A stretch of 63,059 nucleotides of DNA, filler included, from Folioceros fuciformis (GCA_049999805.1; 6 parts of 6 records of this genome joined end to end with filler, not necessarily neighbours in it); one strand, 5' to 3'. Shown: positions 27,691-38,492, counted from the first letter of the whole stretch. A program made the numbers and translations. The notes: generated from the letters alone by a model not told the origin.

Positions 27691-30600
27691 TGTGTCTTGC
27701 CTCACAGATTGGCAAACCTTACTTATTGCAAAGCAACCTCTGAAGTGTCGAAATCACCTTTCCCATTCGAGTCAGAGGGTTGGCCACAAAACCATACGTC
27801 ACGTGTTCATAATACAATGTCATCCTTGCATGAAATCGTGCGACCTTGATCACAGTCATTAGGTCGTACAATAAGATGTGTTCATCGCCGTCCTCTATGC
27901 CTGCAACAAGTTGCTCCCAATATTTTTCTCGTCATTTCCGCTTTTATGCTTATATGCACTACATTCCAACGTGTTGCTAGTCTTGTTCATTCACCCTTGT
28001 CTATTGGCCACAATGGCACCGACACGAGCCCTTATGCCTTATTTGGACTTACGTTCGTCACAATTCCATATACATCGGCACCATTGGAGCATGGGTTGGT
28101 GGGCGTGCATGTATAGGAGCACTGGCGGGTAGCACTACCATCACTGATCTACGGCAAGATGTCGTTTGCAATTCATTGTCCATGACTATTATGGTGACCC
28201 GTTTGCACGACCTACCCAACATTGGCAACAACGTGGCAGGCTGGTTTTGGGCTGAGGGTTGGGTACATACAAAGTGGCATGTGATTTGCGATTCGTTCTC
28301 CATGCATGGTGGGTCCACACACTACCAAAGTTGTGTTCACGCAGACATTGCCATCTTCCCAACCAAGGGTTCATTCTTGTTTGTGTATAAAGTGTACTGG
28401 ACGATGTCATGCTCGTCGTGAGGCTAAGCCCTAGTAAACCGTGTGCAACCTTTGGTGACCTGTATGCCTACATTGCGCACTTGTTGGTGATTCCTAAAGC
28501 AAACAAGGGTTGACAGACATCTTGGGCTATGTTCTATGGAATACCGATACAGTGATACCATCTGTAAAACAAAGTTTTGCACGGTGGTGTAGGGTTCAAT
28601 CTGTCGGACGTCACAAATCTGCTCCATTCTGTCGTAGGGTGCCATCTAGGGGTCCTGATGGGAACAAACCCAAGGGTGTCATACCATTTTTTTTTATGCA
28701 CATGTCAATGTTCAGCCTTGTGTGCACACGCCAAGATGCATATGTCTCTCTTACCTCCATGCACACCTAGATCACACAGCCNNNNNNNNNNATCACACAG
28801 CCTTGGATGCATATGTCTCTCTTACCTCCATGCACACCACTACCCAGCCTCAGTTCATTTCCGGGTATTTCCCACTCCATGACACAACCCGGTGAAGTGT
28901 ACGTCCCTTCCGCGAAATGGTCATGGGCACGAATCCTACCGCACATTTCATGCAAGGTGAAGACGAAGGCATGACGAAGCTACCTCCTATTCCCTCCTAT
29001 AGCTAGCAATGTACTATACTAAGTTGGGCCCCGCGACGTGGACCTTTTGCGGTATATTCTAGTATGAAGCACAAATTTGGGAAAACAAAATGTGTGTTCA
29101 TCCATTGTCCTTATTATTGATGGAAATGTGCTCTTTACCTCTTCTCCTCATACACGGTGCACTGTGAGGTGTGGCCCTTTGCAAGTATGTGCGCAATGGA
29201 CATTCCACACTACAACATTTGGCATAGATGTGTGTCCAACCCGCAAATGGGTCATTTGCTAGCAATGCCACCGTTCCCTCGCTCTCCCACAGTGCACCTT
29301 ATATGGTAATGGTCAAAGAGGCCTCGATCTGGCAACGAGGACCTTGTATGCTAATGGTGACATAGGCATCGGCTACACAAATGGGACCTTATAGGAGTGA
29401 TCGAGGATGGCTGTGGTGCAGAGGCAACACCAAAAATCATTGCAACCATAAGAGGAGGAAAGTGGGATTGGAGCAATAGCGAATGAGTTTAAGATAACAT
29501 AACATAAATATGATTTATATCATGTTGAAATATAACAAGGCGCTGCCTGAAAGATGCGAATGAAACACACACGCACCGTTTACGATATGTTATGTTAACG
29601 TCTAAGAGTGCACTGCCCAGAAAGGTTCCAGGGACAGCGCTTAGTCTTTTAAGTACCTGGCACAAATCTGGTGCTTCAAGCTTTGGACATGTAATTCACA
29701 CCTGATCCTATGGAGCAGGCCAAGGCTAGGCCGTTTCAACGATCTACGGCACGTTGTCCGGACTTTTGTGAAGAGACTTTCAGAGGTCTTGATTCGTCGA
29801 TCTGGACCGGCCGGACTTTCACCTCATCCCTGTATGTCCCAGAACAGTTGAAGAGGCTGCAACTGCGACGGAGTGCGAGAAATACTGCCTCTTCGATACT
29901 GCACTGGCAATCAGAGGTCTCGAGGTAGAAGCGCAGTTTCCACAATGACGACCAAGGTAAGGTTGCGTTTCAGCTCTACTTAATGATGGTTAAGGAATTG
30001 TTTGCCCAGGCTCTGGGGGGGTGATCAAGGTGCCAGCAGTCTGACGATCCATGGGTGACTTTGAGGCGAAATGTTAGCCTCTGGCAGAACGTCCATCTCC
30101 AGGGCAAGGGCATTTGCATTTGCATTGGCATGGGAATCTGCATTCGCATTTGAACCAGCGTTTCGAAGTTGAAGCTCCTCGGTTGCTAATCACTTTCATT
30201 GCAGCTTGTCGAGAAGAGGCAGACTGACTGGTAAGCAGAAGCAGATCCTAGCAACCTGTTTAATTTGATGCGGAAGATGGCTGTGTGAGGTGCTTCATTT
30301 GGAAGGACGAGGCCTTGTTGGGCCAAGTGATTCCGTGCTGTTGAGCCACAATAAAGCTTGGATCAGCGATCGCGCTTCAGGAGCAGGCCGGGCGACGAGC
30401 GTGGTCGAGTATGGATACGTATAACACATGTGCCACGAGACCTGTGGCTGGCCAGCAGTGCAGTCCTTCGGAAGTCCTCCAGCTCCCATGTGCAGGCCTC
30501 CGGTTCCCACCATATACGTATGTATAACACGCATCCCACGAGACCTGTAGACTCTTTCAGAGCCCAACCTCGTGAACGGATCGGTTTCGAGCATAGAAAA

Positions 30601-31513
30601 GGCCGCCACAGCCTGAACCTCAAGTTCACAGGCTGTTTGTGCTGGTGTTGGTGTTAGCGTTGGAGCTGGTGCAGGTTCTGGTTCTGGTTGGCCGTCACCC
30701 CGGCGAGGCAGAGGAAAACCAGGGATGGATCGGTGCGTGGTATGCGCAGCAGAGTGCAGGTGGCGGGTAACTAGGAATTTGGCAGCGTTTTGGAGGGAAT
30801 TCCAGTTCCAAAACAGAAAAGGCAGGGCAAAGTAGGATCCACTCCCCGGTATGGCATTACACGGGCTGCAGCAGCTACCACATAAGGCGGCACCTTCCAC
30901 TGCCTCTCTGTCCCCTTTGCAGTGCCTTGCTCTGGCTGGCACCATTATTTGTTGGCTGCTTCTGTTTGCCTACATCACTTCCCCAAAACTGGTATCCCTC
31001 GTCTACTCCTTCGTTTTTCTCTGCTTATCAGCTTGGAACTTGCTCTGGCGAACTTCACATTCTGCACCCACTTCGGAGTCACCATCCTCTCAGCATACTC
31101 CTGTCTCCTGTCAGCTGGAATCTAGCACAGTTGTCACCCAACCCGCTGCTGTCCTTCATGTTGACCTCTCATCTTAAATCCCAGCCCCATCCTTGCTCAC
31201 TCGTGGTAACCTATTAACCGACCTGAGAAAGGAAGCAAAGCAAGCTCTTAGACTCTTGAGCAACGTCTTCCAGTTTTCTTTTTTTGAAGGTACACGCCCC
31301 GCGTTACATTGCATCTATCTAACGTGCACATTGGCATTAGTACTCTTGGAAACATGTGTCCCAAGATGAGCAGGTGAATACTTTGTTCCATCAGGGGAAC
31401 ATGATTGTTCATGTTTGGAGGCTTCTCATACACTCTCCTGACAGATCACTTCTCGCATGCTACAACAAGAACCCCAACAGCAATAGTCCCAAGTTTCAGC
31501 GCTGGACGTGGAC

Positions 31514-32920
31514 ATGGCAGCAGCTGGAAACAAGTCAAGCCAGCCTTGCATCTTGGGGATGGGTACTGCCAATCCTTCAAAGGTCATATGGATGAAGGAC
31601 TTTGCAAAACGTTATGGCCAGGCAATCGGTGTGTCTGCAGACGTCCAACTGATTGCAGACCGAATTTGTAAGCCTCTCAACAGAGTGACTGCTGGTTGCA
31701 TACACTTAGATGCTAGTGACATTGGCCTACTTGTTACATGCTTATCTTGCTGCATCAACCAATCTCCTCCAGGTCAATCAACGGGCATCACCCGAAAGCA
31801 CGTTGCTGTCACGTACGACCAGTATGCCAAGAATAGCAATCTGAGAACGTTTGGAGCCCCATCACTGGATGACCGATTTGCTTTGTTTGAGTCTGAGGCC
31901 ATACCACTTGCCCAGGAGGCTGCGAACAAGGCAATCCATGAATGGGGTGTGGATCGTTCTGCTATCACCCATGTCATCACATTCTCTACAAACGGGATGC
32001 CTTCACCTGGCATAGACATGCAGCTCATCAAGGCTCTCAAGCTAGACAGGACCACAAAGCATTTCACCGTTTCATTCATGGGATGCCACGCAGGCCTGAT
32101 CGGCATTCGGACCGCCGCAGAGATCGCGTTGGCTGATCCAAATCACCGCGTTCTGGTGGTGTGCGTGGAGCTCAACTCGTGTCAGGTAGTATCATATCCC
32201 TCAAACAAAGCATGCGTACATCTACCAGACATCTGACATGAGGATCTATGGACCATGGCTTCTGTTCCCAGGCACAACCCGTAAATCCAAATGACATCGC
32301 AAACAACCTAGTTGTGGCTTGCATATTCGGAGACGGGGCAGCGGCAGTGGTGATCGGCGCCAAACCAACCGAAGCAGAGAAGCCTATCTACGAGCTCCAC
32401 CGCTCCAACACAAGCTTTATCCCACAGTCAGACACTGCCATCATAGCTCGCCTGACCCAGTCCGGACTCAATGCAGCGCTCTCCAAAAGGGTTCCGCAGT
32501 ACGTGGGGGAGAATGTTGCTGGCTTCGTTCATGAGATCCTGGAGGGCACAGGCTTGAACTTCGATACAATCAACTGGGCGCTACACCCTGGAGGCAAGGC
32601 CATTGCAGATACCGTGGAAAAGAACTGCAAACTTAGGCCAGAACAACTGCACGTCACCAGGTACGCTGAACAACCCCAAGGCTACAAATGTTGCAAGCTT
32701 GTCACCATGGTTTTATCCCGAACCCAGGCTCATGCTCGATGCCACGTGCCCCCGCAGGAGTATTTACGACATCTACGCCAACATGGGAGGACCCACTGTC
32801 ATTTTTGTACTGGACAAGTACCGTAAGGAGAAGGAGGAGGTGCCGACCTGTGAGTGGACCCTGGCCTTGGCTTTTGGGCCTGGAATCTCTGTCGAAGGGA
32901 CGCTCATGAGGATGGTCTGA
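31514..32920 (+). CDS. Type III polyketide synthase (chalcone synthase superfamily), ORS/(2'-oxo)alkylresorcinol synthase-like; 4 exons: 31514-31667, 31773-32185, 32272-32660, 32758-32920 (372 aa)
   Basis: GT-AG introns give a continuous frame, and intron 1 splits the conserved Cys codon as in plant CHS. Catalytic triad: Cys (FMGCHAG), His (WALHPGG), Asn (YANMGG). Also [17 protein letters not shown] and AFGPGISVE. Confidence 0.93.
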
Positions 32921-34028
32921 GCCTGTAGGTGAAAATTGAATCAGAAGGCGTATTCACAAAAAGATTTCTGGAATCCATCATCTCAGCGCATTCATGCCCA
33001 CTAATCCCGGCAGCACCATGGCGCTCCGGGCTCCCTGTGCGCATGTAGCCATTTATAAGCCTGCAGTGATTGGACACAAATAACTTAGTTACTTACCGTG
33101 GGTGCATTGCGCTAATGCACAGTCCACGAACGAGCCTTTATGTGCAGAACTTTCCATGGTTATAAAGATCTGATAGCATGTCTGTCCCCTCTCGGCTCCG
33201 CCTCAGCGGCATCTCATAATCCGTGTTCAATCGCTGGGATGACCGCGCCCCTGCTATTCCTACAGCCTTTGCATGAGAACTTGGGAAGCGAGGGCACCCA
33301 CTGCTTCAGAAGCTGAAGCCGACACCAACTTTGCTGGCTCCTGAGGTTGCAATCTACCAGCTCACTGGGCCAAGCCCTGTGATGATCGAGCCTAGTGGCA
33401 GCGTACGCTCCAGCGTGATTGGCAGTACGTTCAGGCTGCGACTTTACAGAAGGTCCAGTACCGCATCTCATCCTCCACACCCTCCTGGTTTGGATGACCG
33501 GAATAGCTTCCCCCGTTCCAGTCCTTCATCTCTCGAGCGCCTCGTCCATTCGCCTTCCAAGATACCGTTTGCAACATAGAACACAGTACCAGAACGGGCA
33601 CACCGACAACAGCTGGCAACAGAGCCTACACAGAGCCCGAGGCTCGTCCCAGATCATGTGCGGGGAACATTCAACACCGCTGTCTTGGCCCCGCACCCTC
33701 TGCACAATTTGAAAACCCTAGCCCTAGCCGGGACGGGATACTCACAGCGCAGCGTCATCAAGCACCGGAAGAAATCCATTCCAGACCTTCGGAGCCGGAA
33801 CAAGGCCCCCCGTCCCCCAACGAGCCTCGATCGCTCCCATCTAAATTAAAGCCAACCGCAGCCCCAAACATGCGCCAAATTCCAGGCCTGCATTCCTCCC
33901 AAAGTGCGTGCGCCCGAGGGCGTGAGCCAGCCAGATCAGAACCTCTCCAACGGCTAACCAACCATCTCCGGACATATCCTCCGTCGGCAACTCTCAGATA
34001 CGACTAGCCAGCCATCTCGTCATTTTTA

Positions 34029-37000
34029 TCACGCTCGTCCCTTACAACTGCAACAGCCAGCTGTGAATCGATGGACACGGTACCCATCCCTTACGACAAT
34101 GTCTCTCTGTTCAAGCCTTGACATTATCTCCGTGGAACTGTGACAGTCGCTGCACATGCGTAAATTCTTCGTTACCACCAGAGGTGCCCCGCTCGGAGTG
34201 TTCAAGAGACCAAACGCCAAAGCTAGCTTCTCAGCGTGCCCACAAAGCGCATCCTCCTTTTCCTTCTCACACACTGGCTTCAACACTAACTTCGTGTGAG
34301 GTACGTGGCCTCCTTCCTGCTTCAAACGTTCATTTGTGCTCTCTACCTTGAACGCAATATCCTTTCTCTTTGCTCCCACCAGAAATTTGTGGACCTCCTT
34401 GTTTACCTCAATGCTCGCCACTGCAGGTTTCTTGTTAGCTCCTGCTGCCTTTCTCTCTATTTCGATCCTGTCTACATCGGTCCACCTACCTGCATCTGCG
34501 TAGGCATTGGCCATGAGCACATAAGCAGAAGCCCTTTGAGGCTCCAGCTTCACAATGCTTTCAAAACACCGCACAGCTCTCTCTACATCCCCGTGACTTT
34601 TGCAGGCATTCAACAGAGACGTCAAGGCCACGACATTACTTTGGCCGTCACATGATAGTAGCAAATTCTCTGCCTCATCTAAATGGCCAGCACGCCCAAG
34701 AAGGTCAATCATGCAGGTGTAATGCTCAATAGTAGGTTTGATGCCATGTTGTTCAGCCATGGAATCAAAGTGTTTCCGACCCTCCTGGACCAGTCCCTCA
34801 TGACTGCATGCTACTAGCAGGCAAGTAAAAGTAGCCTCGTTAGGATGAACGCCAGCAACCAACATCTCCTCAAAACAAGCTAATGCCTTATAGCCATCAT
34901 CACAACCACCATACCCAGCAATCAGGGCATTCCATGTCACCACATCCTTTGTGGCCAAGCTGTCAAAAACCTCGCGCGCACCTTCCAGTTCACCACATTT
35001 CGCATACATGTCCACCAGGCAGTTGCCCACCACCACGTCATTCAGCAGTCCTCTTTGGACAATCTGTGAGTGCAGCTGCATGCCCTTCTGTAAGGCACCA
35101 GTGCTTGCACAGACCTTCAACAGGCAAGCAACAGTGACATGATTAGCCAAAATAAGGCCCTCCTCCTCCATTTGTCCATACACAACAAGCGCCTCTTGGC
35201 CGAGCCCTTGCTGAGCATAACCAACAATTAAGGCATTCCATGTTACCACGTCCTTTGTGGCCATGCTGTCAAACACCTGACATGCGTCTTCCAGTTCACC
35301 ACATTTTGCATACATTTCGACCAGGCAGGTGCCCACCGCTACGTTATCCAGCAGTCCTCTTTCCACAGTCTGTGAGTGCAATTGCATACCCTTCTGTAGG
35401 GCGCCAATGTTTCCACAGGCCCTCAGAAGGCAAGAAAAGGTGACATGGTCAGCCAAAATAAGGCCCGCCTCCTCCATTTGTCCATACACAGCCAGCGCCT
35501 CTTGACAGAATCCTTGCTGTGCATACCCACCAATCAGCGCTGTCCATGTCACCACATCCTTTGTGGCCAAGCTGTCAAAAACCTCGCGCGCATCTTCCAA
35601 TTCACCACATTTCGCGTACATGTCTACCAGGCAGGTGCCCACCACCACATTATCCAGCAGTCCTCTTTGGACAATCTGTGAGTGCAGTTGCATACCCTTC
35701 TGTAAGGCACCAGTGCTCGCACATGCCTTCAGAAGGCAAGCCAAGGTAACATGGTCAGCGAAAATGTGGCCCGCCGCCTCCATCTGTCCGTACACAACAA
35801 GCGCCTCTTCACCCAATCCTTGCTGGGCATACCCAGCAATCAGGGCATTCCATGTCACCACATCCTTTGTGGCCATGCTGTCAAAAACTTCGCGTGCATC
35901 TTCGAGTTCACCACATTTCGCATACATGTCCACCAAGCAGTTTCCCACCAGTACATCATCCAGCAGTCCTCTTTCCACAATCTGTGAGTGCAATTGCATG
36001 CCCATCTGTAAGGCACCAGTGCTTCCACAAGCCTTCAGAAGGCAAGCAAAAGTAACATGGTCAGCCAAAATATGGCCTGCCCTCTCCATTTGCCCATACA
36101 CAACAAGCGCTTCTTGGCCAAGACCTTGCTGTGCATACCCAGCAATCAGCGCTGTCCACGTCACCACGTCCTTTGTGGCCATGCCGTCAAAGACCTGGTG
36201 TGCGCCATCCATTTTGCCACATTTTGCATACATGTCCACCAGACAGTTGCCGACCACTACATCATCCAGCAGTCCTCTTTCAACAATTTGTGAGTGTAGT
36301 TGCATGCCCTTCTGCAAGGCACCAGTGCTTGCACAGGCCTTCAGAATGCACGCAAAAGTGACATGGTCAGCCAGAATAAGGCCTGCCTCCTCCATTTGTG
36401 CGTACACAGCAAGCGCCTCTTGGCCCAATCCTTGCTGTGCATACCCACCAATCAGCGCTGTCCATGTCACCACATCCTTTGTGGCCATGCTGTTAAAAAC
36501 CTCTCGAGCATCTTGCAGTTCACCACATTTCGCATACATGTCCACAAGGCAGTTGCCAACCACTATATTATCCAGCAGTCCTCTCTCTACAATCTGTGCG
36601 TGCAGTTGCATGCCCTTCTGTAAGGCACCAGTGCTTCCACAGGCCTTCAGAAGGCAAGCAAAAGTAACATGGTCAGCCAAAATAAGGCCAGCCTTCTCCA
36701 TTTGTCCATACGCAACAAGCGCCTCGTGGCCCAATCCTTGATGTGCATACCCAGCAATCAGGGCATTCCATGTCACCACATCCTTGGAGGCCATGCTTTC
36801 AAAAACCTCGCGTGCCGCTTTTGTTTTGCCACATTTTGCATACATGTCCACCAGGCAGTTGCCTACCACTACATCGTCCAGCAGTCCTCTTGCGATAACC
36901 TGTGAGTGCAGCTGCATGCCCTTTTGTAAGGCACCAGTGCTTGCACAGGCCTTCAGAAGGCAAGCAAAAGTAACATAGTCAGCCAAAATAGGGCCCGCCT

Positions 37001-38492
37001 TCTCCATCTGTCCGTACACAACAAGCGCTTCTTGTCCGAGTCCTTGCTGCGCATACCCAGATATCAGGGCATTCCATGTGACCACATCCTTCGCGGCCAT
37101 GCTGTCAAAAGCGTGGCGTGCCTCTTTCATGCTGCCACATTTTGCATACATGTCCACCAGACAGCTGCCAACAAACAAGTTAGTTGGAATGCCACTCTGC
37201 ACTACATCACAGTGCACTTTTCTGCCAGATTCTAAGTCTGCAGCAAATGCACAAGCTTGAAGGGCAGCTACAAAGACGTGAGCATCAGCCGTCACACCTG
37301 ATCTACGCATCTCATGGTAGAGTTGCACTGCTTCTTTAGCTCTCCCGTGTTTAGCATGGGCAGAGATGATGGAAGACCACGTGAAAACATCTGGTTTGCC
37401 CAGCCTGGTGAACACATCCATGGCCTCCTCCACCCTTCCTCCACATGCATACATGCGCAATATATGGTTCCCCACGTATGCCACCGACTCGTACCCGAGT
37501 TTGACACTGAGATCATGAACCCGTCGTCCCACAACCAAGTCCTTCTTAGCTGTACACAGTTTTAGCACAGTGCAAAAGAGAGACTGAGAAATATCAGCGT
37601 CTGTTTGCGCCGCCAGAGATTCCAGGGCTCCAACAGCCTCAGAAAGCCTCCCCTGCTGACACAACATGCGCACGGTTCCAGCCGTTACCACGGCCATTTC
37701 CGATCCAGCGCGCCAGCCAGCTTCAGGCTTATCCGACGAGCTGGATTGTGAAGAAGAGGCACCAACGCCCATCTGTAAATCGAGGGAAATGAGCTGCTCA
37801 TCAACCCAAGCTGGCTTAAACATGTCATTTAACCACAGCACCTCGCCGGACCCCTTACGCCGGAAGTCAGGCAAACGGGAGGAGCTCTTCTTGTCCCGTC
37901 TATTGTCCCACCACATGGTAGGGTCCAGAAACAATTGTTGCCACAAATGCTCCTGCTCCCGGCGAGGACCATCGATGGAAATCCCGTCCCCACCCACACA
38001 TTTTCTGGGTTGTGGAAGTGCTGGGCTCCTGAGACTGCTGCACCCGGAGCCCATTTCCGATTCTGCATGCATCTGAGATCGAGGACTGACACCGTGACCC
38101 AACTCCCTATCCAAGGAAACGAGTTTCTCATCAACCCAAGCGGGCTTCAACATGTTCAACCACAGTACCTCGCCTGACCCCTTACGCCGAAAGTCAGGCG
38201 AACGGGAGCTCTTCTTGTCTCGTCTGTTATCCCACCACATTGAAGGATCCAGAAAAAATTGTTGCCACAATTGCTCCGGCTCCTGGAAACGACCACCGCT
38301 GGAAAAGCCGTCCATGCCAAGACACTTTCTCGAAAGTGGAAGTGCAGAGCTCCTTACACCGCTGCACCTGGGATCCCTGTTCGCCAGAGGTGGACTCCGT
38401 GCGATGAGTTGAGAGGGAGCTCTTGGTAGAATTCCTGTACACCCAAAAATCTGTTCGGTCCACACCGGGTCCGGTTGCCGCACTGTGGCCAT
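34029..38492 (-). CDS. PLS-class PPR RNA-editing factor with E1-E2-DYW:KP (GRP-type) domain and two N-terminal OSB-type PDF motifs; single exon, 1487 aa
   Basis: About 29 P/L/S motifs including P2-L2-S2, then E1/E2, KKPAVASIEV, GHAEKLA, KNLRMCSDCH and HRFTAGCCSCKGRA*. N-terminal LWQQFFLDPSMWWDNRRDKKS.R.PDFRRKGSGEVLWL occurs twice. Confidence 0.96.
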   Translation of the reverse strand: MATVRQPDPVWTEQIFGCTGILPRAPSQLIARSPPLANRDPRCSGVRSSALPLSRKCLGMDGFSSGGRFQEPEQLWQQFFLDPSMWWDNRRDKKSSRSPDFRRKGSGEVLWLNMLKPAWVDEKLVSLDRELGHGVSPRSQMHAESEMGSGCSSLRSPALPQPRKCVGGDGISIDGPRREQEHLWQQLFLDPTMWWDNRRDKKSSSRLPDFRRKGSGEVLWLNDMFKPAWVDEQLISLDLQMGVGASSSQSSSSDKPEAGWRAGSEMAVVTAGTVRMLCQQGRLSEAVGALESLAAQTDADISQSLFCTVLKLCTAKKDLVVGRRVHDLSVKLGYESVAYVGNHILRMYACGGRVEEAMDVFTRLGKPDVFTWSSIISAHAKHGRAKEAVQLYHEMRRSGVTADAHVFVAALQACAFAADLESGRKVHCDVVQSGIPTNLFVGSCLVDMYAKCGSMKEARHAFDSMAAKDVVTWNALISGYAQQGLGQEALVVYGQMEKAGPILADYVTFACLLKACASTGALQKGMQLHSQVIARGLLDDVVVGNCLVDMYAKCGKTKAAREVFESMASKDVVTWNALIAGYAHQGLGHEALVAYGQMEKAGLILADHVTFACLLKACGSTGALQKGMQLHAQIVERGLLDNIVVGNCLVDMYAKCGELQDAREVFNSMATKDVVTWTALIGGYAQQGLGQEALAVYAQMEEAGLILADHVTFACILKACASTGALQKGMQLHSQIVERGLLDDVVVGNCLVDMYAKCGKMDGAHQVFDGMATKDVVTWTALIAGYAQQGLGQEALVVYGQMERAGHILADHVTFACLLKACGSTGALQMGMQLHSQIVERGLLDDVLVGNCLVDMYAKCGELEDAREVFDSMATKDVVTWNALIAGYAQQGLGEEALVVYGQMEAAGHIFADHVTLACLLKACASTGALQKGMQLHSQIVQRGLLDNVVVGTCLVDMYAKCGELEDAREVFDSLATKDVVTWTALIGGYAQQGFCQEALAVYGQMEEAGLILADHVTFSCLLRACGNIGALQKGMQLHSQTVERGLLDNVAVGTCLVEMYAKCGELEDACQVFDSMATKDVVTWNALIVGYAQQGLGQEALVVYGQMEEEGLILANHVTVACLLKVCASTGALQKGMQLHSQIVQRGLLNDVVVGNCLVDMYAKCGELEGAREVFDSLATKDVVTWNALIAGYGGCDDGYKALACFEEMLVAGVHPNEATFTCLLVACSHEGLVQEGRKHFDSMAEQHGIKPTIEHYTCMIDLLGRAGHLDEAENLLLSCDGQSNVVALTSLLNACKSHGDVERAVRCFESIVKLEPQRASAYVLMANAYADAGRWTDVDRIEIERKAAGANKKPAVASIEVNKEVHKFLVGAKRKDIAFKVESTNERLKQEGGHVPHTKLVLKPVCEKEKEDALCGHAEKLALAFGLLNTPSGAPLVVTKNLRMCSDCHSSTEIMSRLEQRDIVVRDGYRVHRFTAGCCSCKGRA
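34944..37085 (-). repeat. Seven near-identical 306-bp (102-aa) P-L-S triplets
   Basis: KDVVTW recurs at exact 306-bp intervals from 37085 to 34943. Confidence 0.95.

Noticed and set aside
29700-31200. Several 70-216 aa ORFs upstream of the PKS
   Set aside because: No recognisable domain or consistent exon structure; probably promoter/UTR or decayed sequence.
31457-31486. Idea that the adjacent U-to-C PPR repairs the UAG upstream of the PKS
   Set aside because: The sequence 5' of the UAG is A/C-rich whereas the predicted target is U/G-rich, and PPR editing is organellar.
31508-32236. ORF-track PKS protein with a 35-aa insertion
   Set aside because: The insertion is the 105-bp GT-AG intron 1, which happens to be stop-free and a multiple of three.
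35563-36741. 392-aa plus-strand ORF and other short ORFs over the PPR gene
   Set aside because: Antisense shadows of the repetitive PPR coding sequence.
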